Of a stretch of DNA of 64,000 bases, positions 17,713-27,075 are shown piece after piece (positions within the stretch are counted from its first letter, which is position 1; every line of letters begins with the position of its first letter). A program made the translations under genes and the position numbers. The DNA is taken from positions 64,001 to 128,000 of the IMG/VR virus record IMGVR_UViG_3300035670_000009. The stretch is one strand, 5' to 3'. Source of the stretch: a virus. Lineage: Duplodnaviria > Caudoviricetes. The notes beneath the pieces were generated by a model. It was not told where the DNA came from and searched no databases. It was given only the letters and a program-made list of their open reading frames with translations.

Positions 17713-19221
17713 TCAGGACGCGCCAAGCAGGCGCACGGGGTAGTTCATTAGTTCCACGACATCCGTTGACGCACCAGCGTGTAGCCATCGCTGGCCTTCT
17801 TCGCATGTGTTGATATCTTCAGGCACAGCTAGAAAATATTGCCGCGCGGTTGATCGACAAGCTAACACCAGCTTGCGGCGTTTGAACGGCGTGTTTTCTC
17901 TGACTACTCGCCCGTTAGCCCATCCGGTTGTTTCGAGCGTGTCATCAATTTCAACCAGCGCTTCAATCGTGTTGTCCACGTCATTTTCGCGACTGTCGAC
18001 GATTCTTGCGCCGATTTCTTCGAGGTATCGACTCCATCCGTAAACTTCAATCGCGATTCGTTTAACTTCTTCGTTTTGCTCGCGCTGGATATCGGCAAGT
18101 GTCAACGTTTCAGGCTTGTCGACGATCTTCTCGCCGAGCATTCCCAACTGGTGTCCGTCGACCCAATACTGTTTTGCGCCGTCTGGGTAGACGACCGCGG
18201 GGCCTTCGTCGTTGTGTAGCTCGCCGTCTTGATTGCAGTGAACAGTCGGCCGCCCCAGTAACACCAGCGCCTGTGTTCTGAACGTCATCACCATAGACGC
18301 GGCATGGACTAGTTCGCGCTGCCACGTAAAGTCGGGGCGCGTAAATTGCATTCCAGTGCACAGCACTTCGGCGTCAATGTAGTTTGTGCCCCAAGAACTA
18401 TCGATCCCCGAAGCGTCAACTCTGCAGTGCGTTGCGGTGCGGGCGCGGCTGCTGTTGGGAATGTCGGCGAGGCGCGCTGACGCTTTGGTGCCGCTGTCAT
18501 CGCGCTGCCAGAAATTGCCTAACGTAACTACATCGCCAAACCGCTGACTGCGCTGGTGTTTGGATTGCGTAACATTGAAAACATTGCTGTTTTCCAGGTT
18601 GCGCAAAATAACATTGCGCGACACGGGTGGCAGGTCACCAAACGCGTCGGCAAAAAGTGCGCGATGTTTTTCAAGTTCGTTTTCGTTTTCGCGGCGTCGT
18701 CGCCGCCGCATTGCCGATGTTTGCACGTCGTCGCTGTTTTCGCTAAACACTGCCGCAATGGCGCCGCGGATTGGCTTTTCGAGCGTCTTTTCCCAGGCTT
18801 CTGCGAGGGCTGAACTAGACCGATACCAGTGCGGGTCGTTTCGGGTGTGAAGGACGGCTTCTCGACGCAAATTGTTGATAAACCCGTCGTTGATGCCGTA
18901 GGCGGCGCACATTTCTTTGGCGGCAATCTTGGAAAGATAACCGCGCAAAACGCCCTCGGCAATGCGAAACGCCAGTGGCGAATGAACAATGTGCAACTTG
19001 GGCGGACTCAGCTTGTATGTCTTCCAGACCCAGGTCGCATTCTTGTTCTTCTTTTTGCTTTTGTGTTTGAAAACGCGGCTGACCTTCGTTCGGCGATAAA
19101 CCGGATCAAGAATTTTCTGAACGCGCTCTGCGCTTTCAGGAACGGCGCCCGCCATAGTGCGAGCCCAGCGGCTTACAACATCAACAATCAGCTTTTTGTT
19201 ACGTTTAGCCAGTCGGGGCAT
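17713..19221 (-). CDS. DUF6745-like domain protein
   Basis: C-terminal LHNDEGPAVVYPDG..YWVDG..IQREQNEEVKRIAIEVYGWSRYL..LACRSTARQYFLAVP. Confidence 0.7.
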   Translation of the reverse strand: MPRLAKRNKKLIVDVVSRWARTMAGAVPESAERVQKILDPVYRRTKVSRVFKHKSKKKNKNATWVWKTYKLSPPKLHIVHSPLAFRIAEGVLRGYLSKIAAKEMCAAYGINDGFINNLRREAVLHTRNDPHWYRSSSALAEAWEKTLEKPIRGAIAAVFSENSDDVQTSAMRRRRRRENENELEKHRALFADAFGDLPPVSRNVILRNLENSNVFNVTQSKHQRSQRFGDVVTLGNFWQRDDSGTKASARLADIPNSSRARTATHCRVDASGIDSSWGTNYIDAEVLCTGMQFTRPDFTWQRELVHAASMVMTFRTQALVLLGRPTVHCNQDGELHNDEGPAVVYPDGAKQYWVDGHQLGMLGEKIVDKPETLTLADIQREQNEEVKRIAIEVYGWSRYLEEIGARIVDSRENDVDNTIEALVEIDDTLETTGWANGRVVRENTPFKRRKLVLACRSTARQYFLAVPEDINTCEEGQRWLHAGASTDVVELMNYPVRLLGAS

Positions 19222-19240
19222 TTGTCTTTCTGTTGCGTGG

Positions 19241-19483
19241 TTAGTTGTGGTCTAGGGCTTGTTGCACGGCTTCGTCGTATGCGCTGTCCAACTCTTGAGC
19301 AATTGCGCAGTGACTGGTTTTTAAAGAGCTGGTCAACCGCGGCGGACGCGTAAAATCTGCAGGCGCCGCGGGTGTTCCCACCATAATTCCCGCCGCGACC
19401 GTTTCAGCTGCGTTGCGGTCGATACAATCGACTACAAATTCTTTGTTGTGTGTTTCGGAAACTTGAATGCGAAAAGTTGCCAT
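19241..19483 (-). CDS. hypothetical protein
   Basis: Start re-assigned to MATFRIQV. Confidence 0.55.
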   Translation of the reverse strand: MATFRIQVSETHNKEFVVDCIDRNAAETVAAGIMVGTPAAPADFTRPPRLTSSLKTSHCAIAQELDSAYDEAVQQALDHN

Positions 19484-19569
19484 CGCGCCTCTGGGTGTAA
19501 AAACCACGAGGACGCACAAGTACGTACCTGTGCGCCCTCCGTGGCGACAAAACTGACAATCAAACCGGT

Positions 19570-19938
19570 TTAACGAACCGGCTTGACAACTGTGCGGTTG
19601 TTGTTGCGGATCACAACGCCGCCAAACAGCCGCCGACGCACAGTCTCGACCGCGTTTTCCTTCACGGCGTACTGGCAGTTCGGGCCGATGCAGGTGCTTT
19701 GCGCACTGCTGGCGCAGCGGCCGCCGGGGCAACGGCGCGGGCCTTCCACAATCACGACCTGCCGCGCGGGTTGGCTGTCCACGACGACCGCACCGCGGGC
19801 TGCGGGGGCCTGTGTGGGCGCCGGAACCGCTGCGGAAGCCGCGGCAGGCGCCGCGCCGTGATTAACGACGCTCACCGGCTCGTTGGCCGCGACAACGCTG
19901 CAAAAAATCGCCACGAGGGCAAAAAGAACAGATTTCAT
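19570..19938 (-). CDS. putative secreted protein
   Basis: Signal-peptide-like N-terminus MKSVLFALVAIFCSVVAA; CPGGRC motif; AAGGAG RBS. Confidence 0.65.
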   Translation of the reverse strand: MKSVLFALVAIFCSVVAANEPVSVVNHGAAPAAASAAVPAPTQAPAARGAVVVDSQPARQVVIVEGPRRCPGGRCASSAQSTCIGPNCQYAVKENAVETVRRRLFGGVVIRNNNRTVVKPVR

Positions 19939-20049
19939 TCTTCACTCCTTTACAAGTAACAAACCAAAAGCCAGAGCGTACAAGTGCTCTTAGCTGTATT
20001 GCCGTGCGCGCTCATTCCGTTGAACGCGCGCAGTAATTGTGACAGGCAG

Positions 20050-20811
20050 TTATTTCTGCGCCATCACACTGTCAATCCATTCTCGAATATCTGCGTCACT
20101 AAGACGCGTGTGCCAGGATTCGTGCCCGTAGCGGCTGATGTTAGTTTCGCCGCGACCGTGCACCACGCTGGAATGGATCCCGCAAAGTTCATTGCCGATA
20201 AAAAGGCCGCCGCCACTATCGCCCGGGCCGATCAAGAATTCGAGACTTGTGCGCTTTCCTTTTGACACTGAGCACACTAGTTTGCCGCCTGCTGCGGCGT
20301 CAACAATGTTGCTGCCTGCGCGTTTGTGGCCGTCGCTAATCGTTGCGCCGGTCGAAAACGTGCCGGTGATACCGTACCCCGCGATGCTCACAACCTTACC
20401 GGCTTCGTCGTTTTTTGAATAGAGTGGCGGATAGAAATCGAGCTGAATTTCTCGAACCGAGCGGCCGACTGCAACATCCGTCGTTTTGAGCGCATCTTCG
20501 CCAAAAGACGGATGCGCGGCCATGGCAGCAAGCGGAAAGCTTTCTCCGGTATCCAGCTTGATTTCAAATTCGTCGCATTCGCCAACGGCGTGGGCGGCGG
20601 TGAGTACGTAGTGGGGCGCGATAATCACGCAAGACGCAATATGCTGCAATTTGCTTTCTTTGCGGCAAATAATGCGCGCAACGCAACGAAATTTGGCCCC
20701 GTATTCCAGATGTTTGTGATCGGGAACGTTAGGATCGCGCGTTCCGCCGTAAGCGGTCGTGGCTGTTAATGCACAGCTGAGCGTTGCCAAGCACAGTAGG
20801 CGAGCAAACAT
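20050..20811 (-). CDS. secreted trypsin-like serine protease (S1)
   Basis: Signal peptide; catalytic motifs LTAAH, DVAV and GDSGGG. Confidence 0.88.
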   Translation of the reverse strand: MFARLLCLATLSCALTATTAYGGTRDPNVPDHKHLEYGAKFRCVARIICRKESKLQHIASCVIIAPHYVLTAAHAVGECDEFEIKLDTGESFPLAAMAAHPSFGEDALKTTDVAVGRSVREIQLDFYPPLYSKNDEAGKVVSIAGYGITGTFSTGATISDGHKRAGSNIVDAAAGGKLVCSVSKGKRTSLEFLIGPGDSGGGLFIGNELCGIHSSVVHGRGETNISRYGHESWHTRLSDADIREWIDSVMAQK

Positions 20812-20886
20812 TGTGCGGCTCCGGATGAGGGAACAGCACCAGTTTACAAACTACAGGCCGGTGACGTCACGTTCGCGCTGGCGGCG

Positions 20887-21159
20887 TTACGTGTTCAAAG
20901 CGTCTTTTACGGTTACAGGCCCGTTGGCCAGGCGCGTGTCGAGCCACGCTATTTCGGCAGCAAGCGCCTCGCTGCGTTTAACAAATGGTCCGAGCACGGG
21001 CCCGCCCACGGGCCTGAGATCAGCTGTCCAACCGGCGCCTGATGCCGCAGGCTCGACGTGAGAGGCGCGCCGGATATACACGTCACCAAGCGCACTCAGA
21101 TCAATTGCTTCGTCATAAATTGCCTGAATCGTCCCGTTTGGTCGAACAAACAAGTTCAT
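20887..21159 (-). CDS. small hypothetical protein of the DUF1257/AAA module
   Basis: IYDEAIDLSALG..IRRASHVEP..WTADL.PVGGPVLGPF..RSEALAAE pattern recalled from planctomycete loci. Confidence 0.6.
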   Translation of the reverse strand: MNLFVRPNGTIQAIYDEAIDLSALGDVYIRRASHVEPAASGAGWTADLRPVGGPVLGPFVKRSEALAAEIAWLDTRLANGPVTVKDALNT

Positions 21160-22175
21160 GTTCGCTCCATGCGCATGATTCGGCGTTGTCGCACAGCCTC
21201 GAGGTTTGGTTCTGGTCGCGCCAATATCGGTCCTCTGCTTGTTGGCGCGGGCGCGGTATTTGGATTGAGCACGCGCTGTACCATGTTGTGAATGTCGGCT
21301 GGGCTGCGCAAAACAAAATCAACAATAGATCGAGTGACAAGACTGTCAAGCGCCGCGCTAACTGTGTCGTCAAATACTACGCAGTACATTCTTGTGTTTA
21401 AAAAAGTGGTCCCGTTGTGCAAGACCCATCGCGGCGTGTTTACATGGGAATTGATAAATAGTCCCATTATGGAGATAAGTGTGGCTTCAACCGGCCCTGG
21501 AAGCTCAATGTTGGTGTTCGTTTGTCGCGCGTGATACTCGTTTGGCACAAACGTTGTAATGTATGAATTTACAATACGCGCGTTACCGTCTGCCAGAACG
21601 TTGGTCAGTTCTGAATTTTCAGCAACAGTTGTACCGCTGATTCCCAAATAGCCGTTACAACGACAATTAAATAGCCGCGCGTTACCGTAAATTCGCGCCC
21701 AAAAATAGGCTTCTGGGCCGACAATATTGGTATTGACAATAATTGCGTTTTGAGAAATTTCTGTGTTGCGAGATACACGAGACGAGCCAAAAACTTTAGC
21801 GTTGCCGCTAACGCGAGCAAAGCCGTTCAACACGCCGTCATCAAAAAGTATCGCATCGCCGCCGAGTTTTGCGTGTTGGTCGACGTGCGCGCGGTCGAAC
21901 ATTTTTGATCGGCCGCAAACATGTCCGCGGCCAGAAACTCGACATCTGTCATGAACGCGCGCAAAGTCATAAACTTGCGCGTTTCGCGTGACGTTTGCAG
22001 TGGGCGCAACCCAGGCTGTGTCGGCTACCCAGCCGCCGCCGTTATCGTGACGATGGGCGAATACGCGCCCTTTGCCGTCTTTAAAATCGTGTTTGGGTGC
22101 GCGCTTTATGCGAACTTTTGGCGGGTTTGCAAAATCGGGCACCATTGGGTCGACGAGTTTATCAACCACGGTCAT
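21156..22175 (-). CDS. left-handed beta-helix (hexapeptide repeat) protein
   Basis: HRHDNGGGWVADTA followed by repeats of the type NAQVYD/FARVHD/NAKVFG. Confidence 0.7.
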   Translation of the reverse strand: MTVVDKLVDPMVPDFANPPKVRIKRAPKHDFKDGKGRVFAHRHDNGGGWVADTAWVAPTANVTRNAQVYDFARVHDRCRVSGRGHVCGRSKMFDRAHVDQHAKLGGDAILFDDGVLNGFARVSGNAKVFGSSRVSRNTEISQNAIIVNTNIVGPEAYFWARIYGNARLFNCRCNGYLGISGTTVAENSELTNVLADGNARIVNSYITTFVPNEYHARQTNTNIELPGPVEATLISIMGLFINSHVNTPRWVLHNGTTFLNTRMYCVVFDDTVSAALDSLVTRSIVDFVLRSPADIHNMVQRVLNPNTAPAPTSRGPILARPEPNLEAVRQRRIMRMERT

Positions 22176-23137
22176 CAGTCAAGCCGCATCACGCGACGAC
22201 GCGGCTGGTTTGCAAGCACCGTGTCGAGCGCTTCGCGCACTTCTCCCATTTGTGTGGAAAGCGTCTGCCGAAGATCGCCGTTGGCTTTCACGGCCTTGGA
22301 GTCAACACCGGCAACAATGGACTGCGCGCGATTGATGAGCGCTTCCAACTGCGTGTTGCCGCGCACGTTCATCTTACGAAACTCATCAGCAAACTCGGCG
22401 AAATTTTCCACCGTAGAGTTGCTGAATCGTTTTGTGTCGCCCGAGTCGACACCGCGCAGCCGTTCGAGCAGATGGTCAATCAACTCTTGGAGCCGCTCGC
22501 CGAACGCGTTTTCAGCGAGAATTACCGCCTGTTCAAACCGCTCCTGGACGCGCGCCTGCTGCTGGCGATAGAGCGCCGGATTGTAATTTAACAAGTACTG
22601 CGGCGGCTCGATGCTGGGGTACTCCCAGCTCAGGCCGAACACGCCCTCCAGGCTAGTCGGGTAGTCGGCGGCGTTGTACAGCTCGCCCAGCCGTTCCCGG
22701 GCGTCGGCTTTGATCGCCTCGTAGTGGTCTTGAAGCGTGGTGACGGCGTCGTTGAGCCGGTTGCGAAACGACTGCATCTGTTCTTCGAAACGTTCAATGT
22801 CGTCGAACTTGATCAGCCGGACGCCCTCCTGTGGATACGGCAGACTGATTCCGCGCAAGAACGCGCGGGCCTGGCTGCGCACCGCGGTGGCCGCCTTATA
22901 GGCGGGGTGCTTGGTATCGATCAAAACCTTACTGGCGCGCAGGTTTCTGGCGTCGGCGTGGAACGCGTCAGCAGCTTGTCGCGTCTGACTGTCGGCGAGC
23001 TTCCGCTGGGTGCCGAGCCACGTGAAGCTCAGCTCTACGGCGCCCATCGAAGCCCGCATCTCCTGCGCGGCTTCTGCGACGGGAGCGCCGTCGCCAACCG
23101 GAACTTCTGGCGGGGCCATGTCGAGCGTTGCGCTCAT
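22175..23137 (-). CDS. coiled-coil hypothetical protein (DUF3150-like)
   Basis: 320 aa helical protein in the AAA/DUF1257 cluster; 'ASKVLID..ISLPYPQEGVRLI' pattern. Confidence 0.5.
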   Translation of the reverse strand: MSATLDMAPPEVPVGDGAPVAEAAQEMRASMGAVELSFTWLGTQRKLADSQTRQAADAFHADARNLRASKVLIDTKHPAYKAATAVRSQARAFLRGISLPYPQEGVRLIKFDDIERFEEQMQSFRNRLNDAVTTLQDHYEAIKADARERLGELYNAADYPTSLEGVFGLSWEYPSIEPPQYLLNYNPALYRQQQARVQERFEQAVILAENAFGERLQELIDHLLERLRGVDSGDTKRFSNSTVENFAEFADEFRKMNVRGNTQLEALINRAQSIVAGVDSKAVKANGDLRQTLSTQMGEVREALDTVLANQPRRRVMRLD

Positions 23138-23152
23138 GCAATGTCCTTTCTT

Positions 23153-23434
23153 TTAACTCTCGAACGGAAGTAAACGACGACGAATACCGCTTATCGTAAA
23201 TCCAGGCACTGGCACGGACGTTTGCGCTGGCGGTGGCGAATGAACTGGCGTCGCAGGTTGTTCTGTTGCAACCACGACGATCTGCCCTTCTGCAGCGAGT
23301 TGATGGATTTCGCCGCCCGGGCCGCCGATGTACAGCGCGCGGTCAGCAAAATTGTAAGCCAGCTCGCCCGTTGCCAAAGTTTGTGGCACGGCGCCGGGCT
23401 GACCTGAGCGTTTGATGCGAATGATTGCGGGCAT
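23153..23434 (-). CDS. short protein resembling a tail-fibre N-terminal anchor motif
   Basis: IRIKRSG..PQTLATGELAYNFADRALYIG. Confidence 0.5.
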   Translation of the reverse strand: MPAIIRIKRSGQPGAVPQTLATGELAYNFADRALYIGGPGGEIHQLAAEGQIVVVATEQPATPVHSPPPAQTSVPVPGFTISGIRRRLLPFES

Positions 23435-23496
23435 GGTTAGCGCGCGCGACTACACAGTCGCGGGGCGACGATTCTCCTGGCTGGATAGATATCTAT

Positions 23497-24990
23497 TCAG
23501 TTTGCGCTGGGCGCGACGCGGCGCCGCGAAGTCGCATCGGCGGCTTTGACAGCGGCCTTCTTGAAGTATCCCTTGGTGTCTGCGCTGAGACATCGGCCGT
23601 CGGCCCAAGTGCGCAGGTTGGCGATCGCTTCAGCGTTAGTTACAGCGACCGGCACCACGTTGTGCGAAGCTTCCATGAGCGAGACGTCGAGCAGGGCCGC
23701 CAAACGGCAGCAGCTCTTGATCTCGGCGCCCGTCCAATTGCTGTCATCAGGGCGCGGCTGCGTTTTGTCCAGGCCAAACTTATCCAAGTAAAGGCCCCAG
23801 ATGTATTCGCGGGCTTCCTTGGTCGGGAGGTCCACGAAAAATACACCATCGAAGCGTTCCGCGCGGGTGAACTCAGGCGGGAGCTTACTGGCGTCGTTGC
23901 AGGTGCCGATGAAAAACACGTCGCTCTTGTGGTCATTGAGCCATGTCAGAAACGTGCCGAACAGGCGGGCCGTCACGCCGGAGTCAGTCTGGCCCGAGTT
24001 GCCCACGCCGGAGAGACCTTTTTCGATCTCGTCGGCAAACAGAATGCAGGGGCTCATGGCGTCGACCAGCGCGAGCGCGCGGCGAATATTCGCCTCGCTC
24101 TCGCCCACGAACTTACCCATGAGCGAGCCGAAGTCGAGGACTACCGTCGGACGACCCACTTCGTTGCCGAGTGCCTTGGCAAACTGAGATTTGCCGCAGC
24201 CCGGCGGGGAGAGCAGCAGCACGCCGCGCGGGCGCCGCTCGGGATCAATGGCGCCCTGCCGCTTCATGGCCCGCATACAGAACGTCTTGAGATTGTCGAG
24301 ACCGCCTAGGCCGTCAAACGACGCATCGCCGCGGTAAAGCGAGAGCGTGCCAGCCTTTTCCAGCGTTTGCGCCTTGAGCGACCAGATCACGTCCGGGTGG
24401 AGCGTGTTGTGGCGCACCAGGCTGAGAGCAAACGCATTCTCGGCTTCCAGCCGGGTCATGCCCGACGCGGCGTCGACCACCGACGAGATCTGCTCTTCAG
24501 GCGGCTTTTCGAAGGTGTTCCCCTCTCCGCCAAACAGCTCGTTGGCAATCGTTGTCAGCTGCGCGCGGTCCGGAAGCTCGTGGTGGACGAGTGTAAAAAG
24601 CTTCTCGATCTCGGGCTGCAGCTGCAGCACCGGGCTGAGCACGACGATGTGCTGCCCGATCGCCTTGCCGGTGATGACGCGGTTCTGAAGAACCTGCATC
24701 ACCTCCGGATTAGGCAGATACTTGTGAAAATTCTTGAGCAAAAGCAACTGCGTGCTCTTGGCGCGGGCGTCGGGTGTGTCGAGCCAGCGCAGCGCCTGAA
24801 CAGGACCAGGCGCTGACGTGGCGTTGTGCACACAGAGCTGGCGGTCGAGATCCCAGACTTCGAAACCCCAGTCCCGCTCTTCGCAGAGCCGCTTGATAGT
24901 AGCGACGGCGTCATCCGACTCTTGAGTGTCAACCCAAAGACCGGAGAAACCAGCGCAAACCAATTCTTTGATTTTCTGAGAAAGACTCAT
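23497..24990 (-). CDS. Ycf46-like AAA+ ATPase
   Basis: Walker A SPPGCGKS, Walker B FADEIEK, GTCNDASKLPPEFTRAERFD, WTGAEI; degenerate N-terminal AAA domain. Confidence 0.88.
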   Translation of the reverse strand: MSLSQKIKELVCAGFSGLWVDTQESDDAVATIKRLCEERDWGFEVWDLDRQLCVHNATSAPGPVQALRWLDTPDARAKSTQLLLLKNFHKYLPNPEVMQVLQNRVITGKAIGQHIVVLSPVLQLQPEIEKLFTLVHHELPDRAQLTTIANELFGGEGNTFEKPPEEQISSVVDAASGMTRLEAENAFALSLVRHNTLHPDVIWSLKAQTLEKAGTLSLYRGDASFDGLGGLDNLKTFCMRAMKRQGAIDPERRPRGVLLLSPPGCGKSQFAKALGNEVGRPTVVLDFGSLMGKFVGESEANIRRALALVDAMSPCILFADEIEKGLSGVGNSGQTDSGVTARLFGTFLTWLNDHKSDVFFIGTCNDASKLPPEFTRAERFDGVFFVDLPTKEAREYIWGLYLDKFGLDKTQPRPDDSNWTGAEIKSCCRLAALLDVSLMEASHNVVPVAVTNAEAIANLRTWADGRCLSADTKGYFKKAAVKAADATSRRRVAPSAN

Positions 24991-25004
24991 TGTGGCTCCT
25001 TGCT

Positions 25005-25196
25005 TCAGGCTTGAACGTCGATCTGATTAGCGTCTGTCGCGGCGTAGTACTCGCCTGTAAGCGTTTCGCCCGTCTTAGCGCCGAGCGCCTGTTCTAGAGC
25101 TCGTGTGGCTTCTTGGCACCCGGCGCCTTCAAAGCCGCGGGTTTCAAGCTTGGTCTCACCCTTCGGGTTGACAATGATCTCGATGATCTTGGTCAT
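25005..25196 (-). CDS. DUF2997-family protein
   Basis: IEIIVNPKGETKLETRGFEGAGCQEATRALEQALG. Confidence 0.8.
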   Translation of the reverse strand: MTKIIEIIVNPKGETKLETRGFEGAGCQEATRALEQALGAKTGETLTGEYYAATDANQIDVQA

Positions 25197-25201
25197 GTTT
25201 T

Positions 25202-25564
25202 TCAGGCCTCCACAGTAACAGTGAGCTTGATCGAACCATCGGCCATCGTCTCTTCATAAACCGAATGTCCCATCTTGGCGGCCTCAAGTTTGGCCTTCTC
25301 GATGGTGTACGCCTGGAGAAACTGATCGAGCGTGTCCTGCTTGCCCCAATAGCCGTTGTAGTTGTCGTAGTCAACCGCGCCGGTTTCAAGATTGCAGACA
25401 ACCGGATAATTCCAGCCAGGAAGCTTTACACCCAAGCCGGTGCGGTTGACGCTGAACACGCGGAAGTCGCCAAAAGTCGGCTGCTCCCACTTGAGACGCA
25501 GACAGGCAGCGCGCACCGCCATTTCATCGTTAACTTGCGTTTTGATCTGCACAATGTGCGACAT
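25202..25564 (-). CDS. DUF1257 (Ycf35-like) protein
   Basis: MSHIVQIKTQVND..GVKLPGWNYPVV..DNYNGYWG..FLQAY..GSIKLTV. Confidence 0.8.
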   Translation of the reverse strand: MSHIVQIKTQVNDEMAVRAACLRLKWEQPTFGDFRVFSVNRTGLGVKLPGWNYPVVCNLETGAVDYDNYNGYWGKQDTLDQFLQAYTIEKAKLEAAKMGHSVYEETMADGSIKLTVTVEA

Positions 25565-25570
25565 GAGTTG

Positions 25571-25882
25571 TTACTCCTTGTTAATGGGTCGAGTTTCGCG
25601 ATAGTCGTTGAGCGCGTACTGCGCAATCAGAGCCGGGTCGCCGCAGGGATTGTCGACAAAGGCCCTGAGAATATGGACGATCTCGTCGCGGCTGCAGACG
25701 TCGCCGATAAGCTGCGGTCCTTTGGTCGTGTCCAGAGCGATGGCCATTACGTCTTGGATTGTGACCACCTCGGGAATAGCGAGCACGTCGCCAAAGTTTT
25801 CGCGAATCTGGTCAAGGTACTGCAGCGCGTTTTTCAAGTTGCCAAGGTCTTCTTCGAGCTGTACTGCGTGATAACGGCTCAT
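25571..25882 (-). CDS. hypothetical protein
   Basis: Start re-assigned to MSRYHA (ATGA overlap). Confidence 0.6.
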   Translation of the reverse strand: MSRYHAVQLEEDLGNLKNALQYLDQIRENFGDVLAIPEVVTIQDVMAIALDTTKGPQLIGDVCSRDEIVHILRAFVDNPCGDPALIAQYALNDYRETRPINKE

Positions 25883-26115
25883 AAAAGTTCTACCTCCGCG
25901 CGGGTCTCGATCCAGATTCGGGCGCCGCAAGACAACGGCGCGGTCATTCGTTGTTTGACCGTGCTTTCGCCTTTGATAGCCACATCTCGTCCAACGTAAC
26001 TCTTGCCCTTCCATTGCACGGTGCAGGCGGGCGCGTCGAGCTGGTTCTTAAAGTTGTGTTTGATAATGTGCTGGTTTACATGAATGCGTTTTATGGTCCC
26101 CGCGGGCATCTTCAT
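25879..26115 (-). CDS. small conserved phage hypothetical protein
   Basis: Start re-assigned to MKMPAG; IHVNQH..PLSCGARIWIET pattern. Confidence 0.65.
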   Translation of the reverse strand: MKMPAGTIKRIHVNQHIIKHNFKNQLDAPACTVQWKGKSYVGRDVAIKGESTVKQRMTAPLSCGARIWIETRAEVELL

Positions 26116-26312
26116 GGCTGTGTAGCCATGACAAGGGCGCAGGGAGCACGCTGTGGGCATAGAACCTCCGTGAGCGGCGCAGCCAGATAACCTGCGCGGC
26201 GGGCTAAAGCGCCCAAATAGAAGCCTGCGGAGCCGGGCCCGGATGGGGCAGCGACGTGCGGTGACACGTCCCGGGACACCGGCTCCGCGAGGCGACAGGA
26301 AGGACGCTTTGC

Positions 26313-27032
26313 TCAACCCGCTGGATTGAACAGCTTGGCGTATGCGTCAAGCAGGTTCTTGGCCTGCTCCAAACCGCCGTGAGTTTTCACGAACGACGCC
26401 GCCGCCTCGAGCGCCGTGTAAGACGGCTCGCTGGCAGCACGCGTGTTTTTCTCAGAAATAGCGCTCACCTTGGCCGCCGAACGCTTAGACGACTTTTCGG
26501 CATTTTTTGCTGCGGTGGCGGGTTTGTTCGCCTTCGCGGGCTTTGCGCCTGCAGGCTTGTTAAAATCTCGCAGCGTCACCGAAACTTGCGGGGCTGTGAC
26601 CTTCACGCCCTGCTCCTCGAGTGCCGCAATGATGTCGCGCGGACGAATGTTTTCTTCGCCCTGTGCTTTGCGCCGCGTAATCTCGTCACGAATTGCCTCA
26701 GCTTTGGTCTTCTCGGCCATTTTCTTCTGCCTCTTCTTTTGAGCCGCCACGGTAGCGACAGCTCGGTCACGGTCCTCGAGGTCAACAGCGACCTCGATTG
26801 GAGCAGTAGGATCCTGCTCCTCAAGCGCGGAGATATCGTCTTCACTGCCGTCGATGATCTCGCCCGGCTCTTGCGGCACTGGCGCGAACGTCTCGTCGGG
26901 CTCAGGTAAGTCGATTTCGGCCTCCGTGCCTAAGTTCTTCTTCCGTGATTTCTTTGTTTTGGGCGCGGGCCGTTCTTGATTCTCGAACGGCGCGGTCGAA
27001 TCCCAAAGTTTGTCAGCTTCGGTGCTGGGCAT
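26313..27032 (-). CDS. putative DNA-binding protein (acidic N-terminus, Lys/Ala-rich linker)
   Basis: IRPRDIIAALEEQGVKVTAPQVS and C-terminal AAASFVKTHGGLEQAKNLL; paralog of 27076-27465. Confidence 0.55.
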   Translation of the reverse strand: MPSTEADKLWDSTAPFENQERPAPKTKKSRKKNLGTEAEIDLPEPDETFAPVPQEPGEIIDGSEDDISALEEQDPTAPIEVAVDLEDRDRAVATVAAQKKRQKKMAEKTKAEAIRDEITRRKAQGEENIRPRDIIAALEEQGVKVTAPQVSVTLRDFNKPAGAKPAKANKPATAAKNAEKSSKRSAAKVSAISEKNTRAASEPSYTALEAAASFVKTHGGLEQAKNLLDAYAKLFNPAG

Positions 27033-27075
27033 ATTTGGTCCTTTTGGCGTGATTCACGCGCCTATGTGATTTATC

